From positions 31,062,001 through 31,126,000 of the forward strand of contig OX597836.1 in NCBI GenBank assembly GCA_951406725.2: 64,000 nt of DNA. The letters run 5' to 3'. Position numbers and translations under genes: made by a program. This stretch comes from Octopus vulgaris (lineage: Eukaryota). The notes under the pieces are model-generated. The model saw nothing but the letters and a program-made list of their open reading frames with translations, did no database searches and was not told the DNA's origin. Below are positions 50,304-64,000 of the stretch, in pieces (the first letter of the stretch is position 1; every line of letters starts with the position of its first letter).

Positions 50304-51689
50304 ATTTAAAGCCTTAATCTTCAGTGACCTGATTTACAATAAAAAGAAAAACCTGATATTATGCTGTATTATAACATCAGTGACCAGGTCATACATCTGT
50401 GACCAAAGATTTTGATAGTCTAAAGTATAAAGTCATTGACCTGATCAGAGAATTATTAGGAATGAATTTAATAATTTGAAGTCTTAATCTTCAGTGACCA
50501 GATAAAATATTTGATATTGTGATGTATTATAACATCAATGACCAGATCATAGATCTATACCAATATATTTTGATACATTGAAGTCTTGCATCAGTGACCA
50601 TACTCTTTCTCTTTACTCTTTTAGACCATGTTGTAGATCTATGATAAACGACTTTGATGCTTTGATATATTATATTACCGTTGACTTAGACATGGTGAAA
50701 GTCAACTCATGAGTGAATAAGATCACTTGACGGTTGGTAACAGGAAGGGTGTCTGGCTGTAGAAAATCCGCATCAACGAATTACATCCAATCATGCAAGC
50801 ATGGAAAAGTGAACATTAAACTATGACGATGATGGTGGCACAGTACCAAATGTTCCACCACCTGGTATTGGTCTGTAGCTCAGTGGCTAGGGATCCCTGT
50901 AGTAACAAACTTTGATACCTAGGAGTGTAGTGTCACTAACCAGGTAATAGAATTATAACGAAGGACTGAAACTGTTCTGTGTTGTATCAATAACCATGTC
51001 GTAGCTCTGTGATAAAGGGCTTTGAGGGTATGATGAACTATGGTGTCCATGGCTAGGTATGATAATGGTGATGGTGATGATGGTGGTGGTGGTGGTGATG
51101 GTGGTGGTGGTGGTGGTGATGGCACCATATCTAAACATGGGGAAATAGAACCTTGCTTGGAAGCAGGCAAAGGTTGGCAACAGGAAGGGCATCCAGCTGT
51201 AGAATATCTGTCTCAATAAACTAGTATCGAAAAGTGGACATTAAAATGATGGTGGTGGTGGTGGTGGTGGTAGTTGTTGTCATCATTGTGGCAAAAGTGG
51301 TGGTGGTTGCAGTAGCAATAGTGGTATTATCTGTTGTTATTGCTGTTGTTGTTGTTGTTCCTCCCCTGATATGTTGGGACTAATAGCAAACGGAAACAAA
51401 TGATTTCATTCATTAATTTTCAGTAACATTTTTATTGATGTGTGTGTGCCCGTGTGTGTGTGTGTGTGTGTATGTGTAGGTGTGTGTGTGTGCATGCGTG
51501 TATGTGTATGTGTAGGTGTGTGTGTGTATGAAGGAGTGAGAGAGGCCATTGTCTCTGATTCTGTGATGCATAGATATCTAGATTCAGACACCAGTCGTCT
51601 ATCTACTTATTGATATTTTAAACAGCAACTGTTAAAACTGGATTTCTGTAATGTTATTAAAAATATCTATAGTAACTAATGTGATTTAT

Positions 51690-51775
51690 AAGCATATATA
51701 TATATTCGCACACATACATACATATATATATACATAATCTATTTATATATATGCATATTTATATATGCGTATATA

Positions 51776-51811
<36 letters not shown>

Positions 51812-51995
51812 TATTTATATGCATATATATATATATATATGCATATATATATATATATGCATATATATATATATGTATATGTATTACATGTATATGTATA
51901 CATATATATCTGTATATAAGTGTGTATTGTGTAATTATAATGACACAAACACATATATATTATATATGTATATATGTATGTATATATTTATATAC

Positions 51996-52026
<31 letters not shown>

Positions 52027-52043
52027 CACATACACATACATTC

Positions 52044-52078
<35 letters not shown>

Positions 52079-52192
52079 TACACATACATTCATACATATA
52101 TACATATATACATACATATATATACATATACATATATATATATGTATGTATGTATATTAACATATACATATATCTATCTATATATATCTATA

Positions 52193-52240
<48 letters not shown>
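51690..52240. repeat. Compound (TA)n/(TACA)n microsatellite field
   Basis: Direct reading; other long tracts include (TTC)n 4225-4300, 41443-41575, 60540-60740, (TA)n 41765-41862, (GTT/GCT)n 52862-53053. Confidence 0.95.
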
Positions 52241-52242
<2 letters not shown>

Positions 52243-52860
52243 AAAGATTACTGTAGTTTGAAGCATTGCGGAACAGGCTATAGTAATGCAGATTGAACAT
52301 TAAATATCAATAACAATAGCGAAAATATTGAAATGTTACCTTACAATTATCAGGTGAAACACTCCTTTCCAACAGAGCAAGAAATATGTCCATTTGCTTG
52401 ACTTTCCAAGCTAATAGGCATTATCTATACATATATATATATGTATGCATGTATGTATGTATGTATGTATGTATGTATGTATGTATGTATGTATGTATGT
52501 ATGTTTATGTTTGTGTGTATGTATATATATGTGTATGTTTATGTCTCTTTGAGTTGATATTTTGTGATTGTTGTATATGAATGCCATTAAATTGCAATAT
52601 TCTGTAAAAATCTGTTTGGTCATGAGAGAAATATTACCTTAGCTTGCAAACAGGTAAGCTGGCAGATTCATTAGCATGCCAGATAAAAATGCTCAGTGGC
52701 ATTCCATCGGTCTTTGTGTTCTGAGTTGAACATTACCTTTCACCCTTCTATGGGGTCGATAAAATAAATATCAGTTGAATACTATGGTCGATGCAGTCGA
52801 CTAGACTCCTGACCCAAAATTTCAGGCTTTGTGCCTATAGGAGAAATGATTATTATTATT

Positions 52861-53033
<173 letters not shown>

Positions 53034-53283
53034 TGTTGTTGTTGTTGTTGTTGTATGAAGTCAGCAAGCTGGCAGAATTGTTAGTGGCATTTTGTCTGTC
53101 TTTACATTCTGAGTTCAAGTTCCATCGAGGTTGACTTTGCCTTTCATCCTTTCGGGGTTGATAAATTAAGTACCAGTGAAACACTGGAGTCGATGTAATC
53201 AACTAGTCACCCTCCCCACAAAATTTCAGACTTTGTTTCTCTAGTAGAAAGGATTATTATTATTTGTTTTATTATTATCATCA

Positions 53284-53354
<71 letters not shown>

Positions 53355-53365
53355 TTATTATTATT

Positions 53366-53575
53366 ATTTGGGAATGGCCTGGATTGATTACAGCAAAGTT
53401 TACGATATGATTTCACGTCCATGGATCATTGAGTGTTTAAATATGTTTGGAATTACAAGGAATGTAATCTGTTTTCTGAAGAGAAGTATCCAGGGCTGGG
53501 AAGCTAAATTGACATCACGTGGACAAAGCTTGGGTACTCTAGACATCAAGAGAGGTATTTTCCAAGGGGATAGCT
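53366..53575 (+). mobile_element. LINE reverse-transcriptase fragment, R4/Dong-like
   Basis: MAWIDYSKVYDMISRPWIIECL...IKRGIFQGDSL RT motifs; begins directly after an (ATT)n tract. Confidence 0.8.
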
Positions 53576-55688
53576 TATATTACACACACACACACATATA
53601 TATATACATACATTCATACATAAAAAGCACTCAACACTCTCTGATAAGTGGTTGGCATTAGGAAGGGCATCCAGCTGTAAGAACCATGCCTCAACAGACA
53701 ATTGGAGTTTGGACAGCTGAGCTCCATGACAGACTGTCCAACCCATGCCAGCATGGAAAGCAGATGTTAAATGATGATGAAGACAACAATGATATATATA
53801 TGTACACACACACACACACACACACACATACATAATACATATATACACACACAAATATATACACATGCATACATACATAATGTGTGTGTGTGTAGGGGGT
53901 ATGTTTGTGTCACCTTGTCTTGACACAGTATAATGTAAATGAATGTGATTCATTTCCGATATTTTACAAAAACATGTCTGATCATGGGGGAAATAGCACC
54001 TTGCTTGCAAATGGGTATGGCATTACGAAGGGTATCCAGCTGTAGAATATCTGCCTCAAATAAACTCCATCTGATGATGCTAGCATGGAAAAATGGACAC
54101 TAAAGTGATGGTGATGGTGGTGGTGGTGGTGGAGAAGATGGTAGCGAAGGTGGTGGGCATGGGGGTGATGATGGTGGTGGTGAAGATGGTGGGGTGGTGG
54201 GGGGAAGATGGTGGTGGTGGTGAAGATGGTAGGGTGGTGGGGGAAGATGGTGGTGGTGGTGAAGGTGAAGGTGGTGTTGGTGGTGGTGAAGATGGTGGTG
54301 GTGGTGGTGGTGGTGAAAGTGGTAGTGTTGGTGGGGTGAAGATGCTGGTAGTGGTGGTGGTGGTGGTAGTGATGGTGGTGAAGATGGTAGTGGTAAAGAT
54401 GGTGGTGATGGTGGTGATGGTAGTAACGATGATACTTTTCTGGAATTTTCTGAAAAATATTAAATTATTGGCAGTTGATAGTTAAATACAGTAAAGCATG
54501 TAGGAATTATCTATTTGCTGATTGTCTTTCAATATTTCTCCCTTGAGGATCTCCCAAACTCGATCAGTCAGCATTCACAAATCATGTGATTGATTTCTAA
54601 ATTCTCAATGGATGATGCAGTTCTATAAAAAAAAAAAAAGATGAGATGGTCATGGCTGAAATGTCTTAGATCATAAATATGCTCAATCTGCTAGGAATAT
54701 CAACCAAACATCCCTCTAACGACATCCTTTTTCTTTTTTAAAAAAAGGGAAGGCTACATTGGATAATGTTGTCCTAGATACACTTTGATAAAGGCAAAAA
54801 AGATATTTGATAATTATGGCTGGATTCACTTTGATCTTAATAGATCTAATTGATCAGTGCCAACTCTGGGCTAAACGTAAATAGCACCAGAGAAATACTA
54901 TTTTGCATTTCATGCTAGCTTATATATCGGCAATTCTTCACTTATACCATTAATGTTTTCCTATAAATCCTCCATTGCACAACAGAAATAATCTCATAAA
55001 GATTCTTTGCATTTGAAGATAGCTTTTATATGGTAATAGCATTAAAATGTCTGTTATGAAGGACTTATAAATCTAATTAGTGTTGTATTAAATGTCTGGG
55101 TATAGAATTTGTTTCATTCTTCAGAGTGTTTGTTATCTAATGGGCAATAGGCGTGGCTGTCATCGTCATCATCATCATCATCATCATCATCATGGTTGTC
55201 ATCATTTTTTTGTCCATTTTTCCGTGCTTGCATGGGTTGGATGGAATCTGTTGAAGTGGATTTTTCATGGCTGGATGCCCTTCCTATCATAAACATAAAC
55301 CTTCACCTGTTTCCAAAGCAACCTAATACATGTTTTTGTGGAAGACATTTTTTTCAGCCCAGCCCTATTGTAGAAGAAAGACACTTGTCCAAGGTGCCAT
55401 TCAGTGAAACTGAACCCAAAACCATGTGGTTTGCAAAGCAAGCTTCTTAACCACACAGCCATACCTGTAACCAATCACTTAGATTTTTTTTTCTTTTAAA
55501 ATTTTCTTTGCAACAAATAGATTTTAAGAAATGAAATGGTTAATCAGCTTGTCTTCGACGATTCACTTAATTCATAAAATAAACATCAAAGTAAGAATGT
55601 ACAATGTACATATAATGCAATTCTTTACAATCTTCTATGTACAGCTTTAATACGTCAGTTTATAAATGTTTACATTCTTGAATTTCAG

Positions 55689-55812
55689 GAATTCACCTGA
55701 GTATGATAACTATGGCTTCGTACGTTATCCTGCCACTAACGAGGGAGATTTGCTATCAACACGAGCCATTGAAATGCAGAGGAAATCTGAAGAACTCAAT
55801 ACTAGTATCAAG
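55689..55812 (+). CDS. TBC1D2B: TBC1D2B-like exon: NSPEYDNYGFVRYPATNEGDLLSTRAIEMQRKSEELNTSIK
   Basis: tttcag acceptor, gtagat donor, phase 2-0; EYDxYGF motif that precedes TBC domains. Confidence 0.92.
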
Positions 55813-56559
55813 GTAGATTTAATTCATTTTAACAAATCATTTATTACTTCTTTACTACCGAGTAAAAGTCCTTCCTTGTATTCCTCCAGAACTTTTGGTT
55901 TTTCTGTATTTTATTTTGTGGAATTTGTCTAATTTATTCCGCCAATTGCAAGACATCTATTTCTGCCTCTCTATTTCTCTGTCACACTCTAACCTTTCAT
56001 AATTTGACACCAAATCATCTCCTCTGATTCCCCCTCCGTTATAGCAAGACACTTGTTTCTGTCTCTCTGTCACACTCTAACTGTTCATCTTCTGACACAC
56101 AAGTTCCTCTCCTCAAATGTCCCTGCCCTTCTCAAAATTCCCTATCTTTCAAGTTACTTGGTGACCCTGCTAGTGCTGGTGCCATGTAAAAAGCATCCAG
56201 TCCAAACTGTAAAGTGGTTGGCATTTGGAAGGGCATCCAGCTGTAAAAATCATGCCAAAACTAACCTCACCTGTGCTAGTGCCATGTAAAAAGCACAGAG
56301 TCCACTCTGCAGAGTGATTGGTGTTAGGAAGGGCATCCAGCCATAAAAACCCTGCCAAAACAGACACAGTAGCCTGGGGTAGTCTTCTACCTGGCTGGCT
56401 CCTGTCAACTGTCCTACCTATGCATGCATGCAAGACGGACATGAAACGATGAAGATGATGATGACAATGATGAGGAATTGGTTTGTTTGACATCCTGTTT
56501 TGTTTCTTTTTCGTTTTTTTTTTTGTTTTGTTTTTTGGTGGGGTGGATAGAAAAATGAT

Positions 56560-56874
56560 TTAACCCCTTACCCGGCAGAAACGAATATATACGTTTTGAC
56601 CAAAATCGTTTTTTTCTATCTCTGGCGAGTTAACTCGTCAAAAGATAGACTCGCCAAATTGACAGCAAACAAGTTCCTTCGTCTAAAAATGGGTTAACTC
56701 GTTTCTGCCCAAAGCGGTAATTTAAAATCAATATTATTGAATTAAAATTCATAATAAATAAGGTTTGAAATATACCTCGAAATCACCATTCAAAACATAA
56801 TAAAATAAAACAATTAAAAAATATGTCTGAAAAAATACATTTATTTTCAAAATAATTGTTGGGTAAGGGGTTAA
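56560..56874. mobile_element. piggyBac-like MITE, third family
   Basis: ttaa-ccccttaccc ... gggtaagggg-ttaa. Confidence 0.75.
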
Positions 56875-57112
56875 TTAACCAAACTTAAATATTTCAAATT
56901 ATTTTAGAAGAAATACAAGTCTGTTTGCTAGAAGTGATTTATATATTCCTTTAGCTCCAAGTATTAATGGTCTTTTGTTGCATTAACTTACCAAAACTCA
57001 TCATAAATTATCAAAACATGTCATGTTTTCTTTATTCTCAGGCTTTCACTGCCGTATCTAAACTAAAGCACCATAAATCTTCAAATATGCATTTATTTTC
57101 TTCACCTTTCAG

Positions 57113-57258
57113 GAAATTGAAGAAAAGCGATTACATCAAAACAAATGGGACAATTTTATGACTGGTTTGGACAAGAAAGAACTTCAAAGGTGTTCAGAAC
57201 TGAAATCTCTAATTCGTTCTGGAATTCCTCAAGAACACAGAGAACGGATCTGGAATGG
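57113..57258 (+). CDS. TBC1D2B: TBC1D2B-like exon, start of TBC domain: EIEEKRLHQNKWDNFMTGLDKKELQRCSELKSLIRSGIPQEHRERIWN
   Basis: tttcag acceptor, gtgaga donor, phase 0-2; ELKxLIRxGIPxEHRxxxW TBC motif. Confidence 0.95.
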
Positions 57259-57905
57259 GTGAGACCTTGATTTATTACCTTTGAAATTAAGGGTGGATGG
57301 ATGGCAGAATTACCAATAAGATACTGGACATGAATCGATTGAATTTACTCTTTCCTCTGACAATATTGGTTTAGCGTCATATGAAAGAAATCATTTTATT
57401 ATTCATTCAAAAAAAAAAAAAAATACCCGGTGGATTAACAGAATCGGTGGTGCATCAAACAAATTACTTTGTGCTATTTAACTGAATTCCATTATGCCCT
57501 GAGTTCAAATACCACTGAGGTCAACTTTAACTTTCATCCCTCAGGGGTTGATAAAATAAATACCAGCCAAGAACTGGGATTGATTGAAATTAATGGTTCA
57601 GGTACAACATTGGTTTTTTTTCCAGAACTTTTCGTACCAAAGTCTTTCTGGATTATTGATTTTTCCAAACCAGATTAGTTACTTACCGTCCATCATCTGT
57701 ATATTTATTTATTTATTTATCCCAAACTCCTGTACAGTCTCTTGTAGCTTCATGTATTCTCATCCAAGATGGTGTTGAGTACCAACGTTTCCACATGGCA
57801 GGCTTAATAATTGTTGAGAGAGTTCTCTCTGCATGAAACCATTGGTAGCCTTGTTAGACCTCAAATAATGTGTGTGTGTGTATGTGTATATATATATATA
57901 TACAT

Positions 57906-57937
<32 letters not shown>

Positions 57938-58019
57938 GTTTATATACACATATATATATATACATATAGAGAGAGAGAGAGAGATAGACACACACACGTT
58001 TATACACACACACACACAC

Positions 58020-58084
<65 letters not shown>

Positions 58085-58312
58085 GGGCTCCTTTCAGCTT
58101 CTGTTTACCAGATCCACTCGCAAGGTTTCGGGCAGTTTGAGGCTGTAGTAAAAAACACTTGTTCAAGGTGCTGTGCAGTGAGACTGAGCCCAAGACCACA
58201 TGGTTGGGAGGCAAGCTTCTCAACTACAGGGCCATGTGTGTTATAGATATCTTTAGATTTATTAAGTGCATATATTTGGAGGTTCGGTTAACCTATTCTT
58301 TATCTTTGGTAG

Positions 58313-58421
58313 ATGCGTAAACTTTTATGTGTCACACCGGAGAAAGCATCTACATGCAGACCACTACCAGAAATTAGTTGCTCAAGTTATTAATCAAAAG
58401 CCTAATCCTGAAGCGAAACAG
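58313..58421 (+). CDS. TBC1D2B: TBC1D2B-like exon: CVNFYVSHRRKHLHADHYQKLVAQVINQKPNPEAKQ
   Basis: ttggtag acceptor, gtaaga donor, phase 2-0; NPxxKQ leads into IELDLLR. Confidence 0.92.
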
Positions 58422-58489
58422 GTAAGAACTTAACCTATTCACATATGTCTCTTGTTGATTTTTAAAAATTCTATTTTCATGTGGTGTGT

Positions 58490-59140
58490 TGGTTGGGTAT
58501 CATGGCAAGCTGTGAACAGTGTGTTGTATTGACGGTGTGTTGTGACTGGCTGTATGGTGTATTGTGTTGAAACTGCGGCATGCTGATACTGTAGTGTATT
58601 GACAGTGTAGTATGGCTGACTGTGTAGTGTATTGAAAATGTAGTGTCTTGGTAGTAAATAGTGCTTGACAGTGTAGTGTAGTTGGCAGTGTAGTGTGATT
58701 AGCTGTGTACCATGCTTGGCAGTGTAGTGTAGTTGGCAATGTATTGTTTTGGCCAGTGTAGTGTAGTGATTTGGCAGGGTAGTATATTGTATTGTGCTTG
58801 GCAGTGTAGTGTGATTAGCAGTGTACCATACCTGGCAGTGTAGTGTAGTTGGAAATGTATTGTTTTGGCCAGTGTAGTGTAGTGGTTTGGCTGGGTAGCA
58901 TATTCGCAGTGTAGCATTTTGGCAGTGTATTATAGTTGGAAGTGTATTATGGTTGGCAATGCATTGTGCTGCATAGGGCAGTGTATTAGCAGTGTACTAT
59001 GCTTGGCAGTGTAGTTTGTTAGCAGTGTACTATGTGTGGCAGTGTATTATAGTTGGCTGTGTAGTGTGCTTGGCAGTGTAGTTTGTTAGCAGTGTACTAT
59101 GCTTGGCAGTGTAGTGTGCTTGGCTGTGTAGTGTATAGAC
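58490..59140. repeat. Degenerate minisatellite of ggcagtgtagtgt-type units
   Basis: Recurring cagtgtagtgt motif. Confidence 0.75.
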
Positions 59141-59721
59141 AGGGTAAGTGTGCAATGAAACTGAATGATACCAAAATGCTACTTGATTAAAATCTCTATC
59201 TTTTGTTGTTAATCCTATGTTATCTGTTTATGGGTTACAACCCTTGAAATTACTGCCAAGCAATATTAACCTTTTAGCATTCTGATTACTCTGTCAAATG
59301 TAGTGAGTATTTATTCCCATTGTTTTGAATTAATCATGCATTACCTCAGAGTTTAGAAATTTCAATGCTACGATTGTTGTTTTCCAAGTGACATTGCAGG
59401 GTATGCATGAAAGACCAGATCTGGGTGGTTTGAACATAAAATAAGGTAGAATATTTGGGTTGGATATGGCCATTTAGCATTCACATTATTCTGTCAAATG
59501 TAATGCTTATTTATTCACATTGTTTTGAATTAACCATGTATTATCTCCTAGCTTACAAATTTCAATGATTTGGTTGTTATTTTTAGAGTGACATTGTTGG
59601 GTATGTGTGAAAGGACAGATCTTGCTAGTTTGAACATAATACAGGGAGAATATTTAGGCTTGACATGTCTGACTTAAACACTAAAGAATAAAGTTTGTAT
59701 TCTAATATAGATAATAAAATA

Positions 59722-60287
59722 TTGGGTTGTCCGGAAAGTTTGTGCCGATTTATAGTAGCTTACCTATCGACTTCTTTTAGAACATGGTTGAGTCCATAAA
59801 ATAGGATTTCACTACACCTCCATTTAAAGCACAGTTTAAGCTATCTTTTCGTGGAAGAAGATTTATGTTCCTATAACCTGTGTTAATTCTGTAACCCTTT
59901 AAAATGGAAGATAAGAAAGTACATTTTCGGCACTTGATGCTTCTGGAACCAGACAAAAATTGCTGTAGCTCAGCTGGGATGTGTTACCCCACTCTCCATA
60001 TTCACCAGATATTGCTCCTTCGGATTTCCACTTATTCAGATCTCTGCAGAATAGTCTTAATGGTAAAAATTTCAATTCCTTGGATGACCTAAGAAGATAC
60101 CTTGATGAATTCTTTGCCATGAAAGCACCTCAATTCTAGGAAGAGGGTATTTTCAAGTTAAAGGAAAGATGGAGACGCATTTTGAAACAAAATGTTTCAT
60201 ATTTGGTTGATTAAAAATGTAATGGCAAGTATTTATTGACCATTTTCTTTCCTTTAAAAATTGGCACAAACTTTCCGGACAACCCAA
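59722..60287 (+). mobile_element. Internally deleted mariner transposon, copy 3
   Basis: TIR ttgggttgtccggaaagtttgtgcc, TA TSD; MEDKKVHFRHLML start fused to the YSPDIAPSD region. Confidence 0.92.
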
Positions 60288-60379
60288 TAATATGATAAAA
60301 AAATATAGGTAATAATAGAATAACAATCTAATTTATTTCAAATGATTAAAAACAAAAACTCTTTTATCTTTGCATTCAG

Positions 60380-60511
60380 ATTGAACTGGATCTATTGCGA
60401 ACTTTACCGAACAATAAGTATTACATGTCCTTAGAAAGTGAACACGTTCAGAAGTTGAGACGAGTTCTTTTAGCATTCAGTTGGCAGTGTAGCTCAATAG
60501 GATATTGCCAA
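60380..60511 (+). CDS. TBC1D2B: TBC1D2B-like exon with catalytic fingers: IELDLLRTLPNNKYY...KLRRVLLAFSWQCSSIGYCQ
   Basis: attcag acceptor, gtaagt donor, phase 0-0; IxxDxxR arginine finger and YxQ glutamine finger of TBC Rab-GAPs. Confidence 0.96.
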
Positions 60512-60602
60512 GTAAGTGAAAGACCATTTCCTCCTACTGTTTCTTCTTCTTCTTCTTCTTCTTCTTCTTCTTCTTCTTCTTCTTCTTCTTCTTCTTCTTC
60601 TT

Positions 60603-60633
<31 letters not shown>

Positions 60634-60667
60634 TTCTTCTTCTTCTTCAATTCTTCTTCTTCTTCTT

Positions 60668-60698
<31 letters not shown>

Positions 60699-60909
60699 TC
60701 TTCTTCTTCTTCTTCTTATCTTCTTCTTCTTCTTCTTCTCCTCCTCCTCCTCACCCTCCTCCTCCTCCTCCTCTTCTTCTCTTCTTCTCCTTCTACTTCT
60801 CCACCTCCCCCAATCCTCTCTTTCTCTCCCTCCCCCTCCTTGCCGTTGTCATTATTATTGTGAAACGAAAACTAAAGATTTAGCCAAACTTCTTCATACA
60901 CAATTCCTT

Positions 60910-60967
<58 letters not shown>

Positions 60968-61394
60968 CTCTCAGCCATTTATGAAACATTCTAACGAATT
61001 AACTACCACCAATTACAAATCAATCGTGTCTTAACGATCATTACAAACACAGCAGGAAGATGCACATTGTACACACATATACACACACACACATGCATGC
61101 ACACACCTTCTCTTCATATTACATTCATAACAACAGAGAGAGACTATTAAATAATTCATTAATGGTGTGCTGGATTAAGCTCTCGTTAGCATTTAGTCTC
61201 ACCATGGGATTTGTCGCATAATGAAATAATGAATGGAACAACTGAAAGTTCTCTGTTGCGCATAACACCATGGTTGCTGCCACCACCACCACCACCACTA
61301 CCACCACTACCACCACTACCATCACTACCACCACTACTACTACTACTACTGCTGGTATTGCTCATATTAGTGTTATTATTACTACAATTGCTAA

Positions 61395-63010
61395 GGCAGC
61401 AAGCTGGGAGTATTGTTAGAACACCAGGCGAAATGTCTAAAAGTATGTCGCCTGCCACAATGTTCTGAGTTCAAATTCCGCCGAGGTCAACTTTGCCTTT
61501 CATCCTCTCAGGGTCGATTAAATAAGTATCAGTTACTGGGGTCGATGTAATCGATTTATTTCCCTTTGTCTGTCCTTGTTTGTCCCCTCTATGTTTAGCC
61601 CCTTGTGGGCAGTAAAGAAATAAGTATCGTTAGCATGCTGGACGAAATGCCTAATGGTATTTCATCTTCTGCAATGTTCTGAGTTCAAATTCCGCTGAGG
61701 TCAGCTTTGCCTTTCATCCTTTTAGGGTCGATTAAATAAGTACCGGTTATGCACTGGGGTTGATGTAATTGGCTTAATCCCTTCCCCCAAATTCGAGGCC
61801 TTGTGCTTAATCCCTTTCCCCAAATTCAAGGCCTTGTGCTTAATCCCTTCCCCCAAATTCGAGGCCTTGTGCTTAATCCCTTCCCCCAAAATCGAGGCCT
61901 TGTGCTTAATCCCTTCTCCCAAATTCGAGGCCTTGTGCTTAATCCCTTCCCCCAAATTCGAGGCCTTGTGCTTAATCCCTTCCCCCAAATTCGAGGCCTT
62001 GTGCTTAATCCCTTCTCCCATATTTTAGGCCTTGTGCTTAGGATTATTACTACAATTACCAGCGGAATCATTAGGATGCTAGACAAAATGCTTAGCAGCA
62101 TTTCTTCTGGCTTTCTGTACTGAGTTCAAATTCCGCCCAGGTTGACTTTGCCTTTCATCCTTTCGAGGTCAATAAAATAAGTACCAGTTGAGTACAAGGA
62201 TCGAATATAATTGACTTATGCTTTCACTTGAACTTGCTGGTTCTTGTGCCAAAATTTTGAATCATTATTGCTACGACTGCTAAAAGGCTGTGAGCTGACA
62301 GAACCATTACCATGCCAGGCAAAATGCTTAGTGGCATTTGAGTTCAAATTCCTCTGAGGTCAGCTTTGCCTTTCATCCTTTCAGGGTCGATTAAATAAGT
62401 ACCAGTTATGCACTGGGGTCGATGTAATTGACTTAATCCCTTCCCCTAAATTCGAGGCCTTGTGCTTAATCCCTTCCCCCAAATTCGAGGCCTTGTGCTT
62501 AATCCCTTCCCCCAAATTTGAGGCCTTGTGCTTAATCCCTTCCCCCAAATTCGAGGTCTTGTGCTTAATCCTTTCCCCCAAAATCGAGGCCTTGTGCTTT
62601 TTGTCTGTCTTTATATTCTGAGTTCAAATTTTGCCCAGGTTGACTTTGCCTGTCATCCTTTCAGGGTCAGTAAAATAAGTACCTGTTAAACACTGGGGTC
62701 AATGTAATCAAATTAACCCCCTACTACCATAAAAAAAAAAACAAATGCTGGCCATATGCCGAAATGTGAAACCATTATTACTGAATTTGCCAAAGGGCTT
62801 TGTGCTGGCAGAATCGTTAGCTTGCTGGACAAAGTGCTTAGTGGTATTTCTTCTATCTTAACATTCTGAGTTCAAATTCTGCTGAGTCAACTTTGCTTTT
62901 CTACCTTTCGGGGTCAATGAAATAAGTACCAGTCTAATACTGGGGTCGACGTAATTAACTAGATCCCTTCCCCCAGAATTTCAGTCCTTGTGCTCATAGT
63001 AGAAAGGATT
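61395..63010 (+). mobile_element. Cluster of about seven same-orientation Deu/Nin-like SINE copies and fragments
   Basis: Repeated gagttcaaatt..gaggtc.actttgcctttcatcc cores. Confidence 0.75.
61773..62040. repeat. 33-bp tandem array (about 8 units) of a SINE tail; second array 62433-62598 (about 5 units)
   Basis: Unit aatcccttcccccaaattcgaggccttgtgctt. Confidence 0.9.
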
Positions 63011-63263
63011 ATTTCTACAGTTGGTGTAAGGCAATGAGCTCGCAGAATGATCATAACGATGATGATGATGATGATGATGGTGGTAGGATGATGATGATGA
63101 TAACAATGATGGTAGGATGGTGATGATGATGATGATGGTGACGGTGATGATGATGATGACAATGTTGACAACAATGACAGTGATGATATAAGTACTCTTA
63201 ATACTACTACTAATATTACAATTACTGTTGCTACTGCTACTACCACTACTACTACTGCTGCTG

Positions 63264-63302
<39 letters not shown>

Positions 63303-63416
63303 GTATTACTACTTCTGCTGCTGCTACTACTACTACTACTACTACTAGTAGTAGTAGTAATTGTAGTAGACTTTTCCACCTATCTAATGTTTTTATTTCT
63401 CTCTTTCTCTCAACAG

Positions 63417-63554
63417 GGATTGAACCGTCTTGCTGCTGTTGCTTTGTTATTCCTGTCAGAAGAGGAGGCCTTTTGGTGCCTCATTGCCATTGTGGAATAT
63501 CTTCTACCACAAGACTATTACAGCTCTACAATGATTGCTGCACAAACCGATCAG
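63417..63554 (+). CDS. TBC1D2B: TBC1D2B-like exon: GLNRLAAVALLFLSEEEAFWCLIAIVEYLLPQDYYSSTMIAAQTDQ
   Basis: caacag acceptor, gtaaaa donor, phase 0-0; GLNRL..EEEAFW TBC motif; gene continues beyond window. Confidence 0.96.
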
Positions 63555-64000
63555 GTAAAAACACATCAACATTCTGCACCCACCTCTATAGCAGTGACCA
63601 CCATGGACCACTTTCATGCAAGATGATTCCTTTCCATAGACTAAGGCACAAAAAGAAAACGACTCTCCCCAGACACAACAGAATTTAGCTATCATTCAGC
63701 TAGTGTTAGGAACATAAATTGTGACTAAGGTTTGGTGGTAAATTTTTATTCAAAACTTGTGAAAATAAGACATTTGTACCCAGAGCCAGAGCCGGTTTCA
63801 GCCGGGTTGATAATGAAAGGGTTAATAATGACAAAGGTTTTGCTTGAAACATCATTTAGTGTTGATCTTTTTAAACAAGATATTGTGTACAGAATGTTTC
63901 CGAATAAATTTTGGTTTTAGTTTTTAGCTTTCATTTTGGCTGACCTTTGTTTTAATGTTCTGGGTAGATTTGATACACGGAATTCTGAAATTTTGTTTAC

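Noticed and set aside
61722-62581. GEGIKHKASNL repeat ORFs
   Set aside because: 33-bp SINE-tail tandem repeat read in frame

Overview
AT-rich, microsatellite- and transposon-dense animal genomic DNA. The repeat families resemble those of octopus (inference, no search run). The one host gene is a + strand TBC1D2/TBC1D2B-like Rab-GAP. Ten internal coding exons (26202-63554) splice in frame with GT-AG sites and matching phases, from the coiled-coil region into the TBC domain with intact IELDLLR and YCQ catalytic fingers. The N-terminal PH-domain exons and the C-terminus were not found in the window. Introns contain tRNA-derived SINE families, mariner/maT, hAT, piggyBac-like and Helitron non-autonomous elements, RTE and R4-clade LINE fragments, minisatellites and long hairpins. 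Most notable is a set of hammerhead-ribozyme (HHR) motifs in Penelope-like inverted-repeat elements. Two sequence-unrelated elements (6873-6984 with its mirror copy in a 307-bp palindrome, and 23153-23230) carry all HHR core nucleotides and pairable stems, but in the order NUH -> GAAA -> CUGANGA. That order is not one of the canonical type I/II/III permutations and suggests a dimer- or trans-repeat-acting hammerhead architecture; it is untested. A tRNA-headed element with a near-intact minimal HHR (39904-40278) is also present. Almost all ORFs in the supplied track are repeat artefacts.
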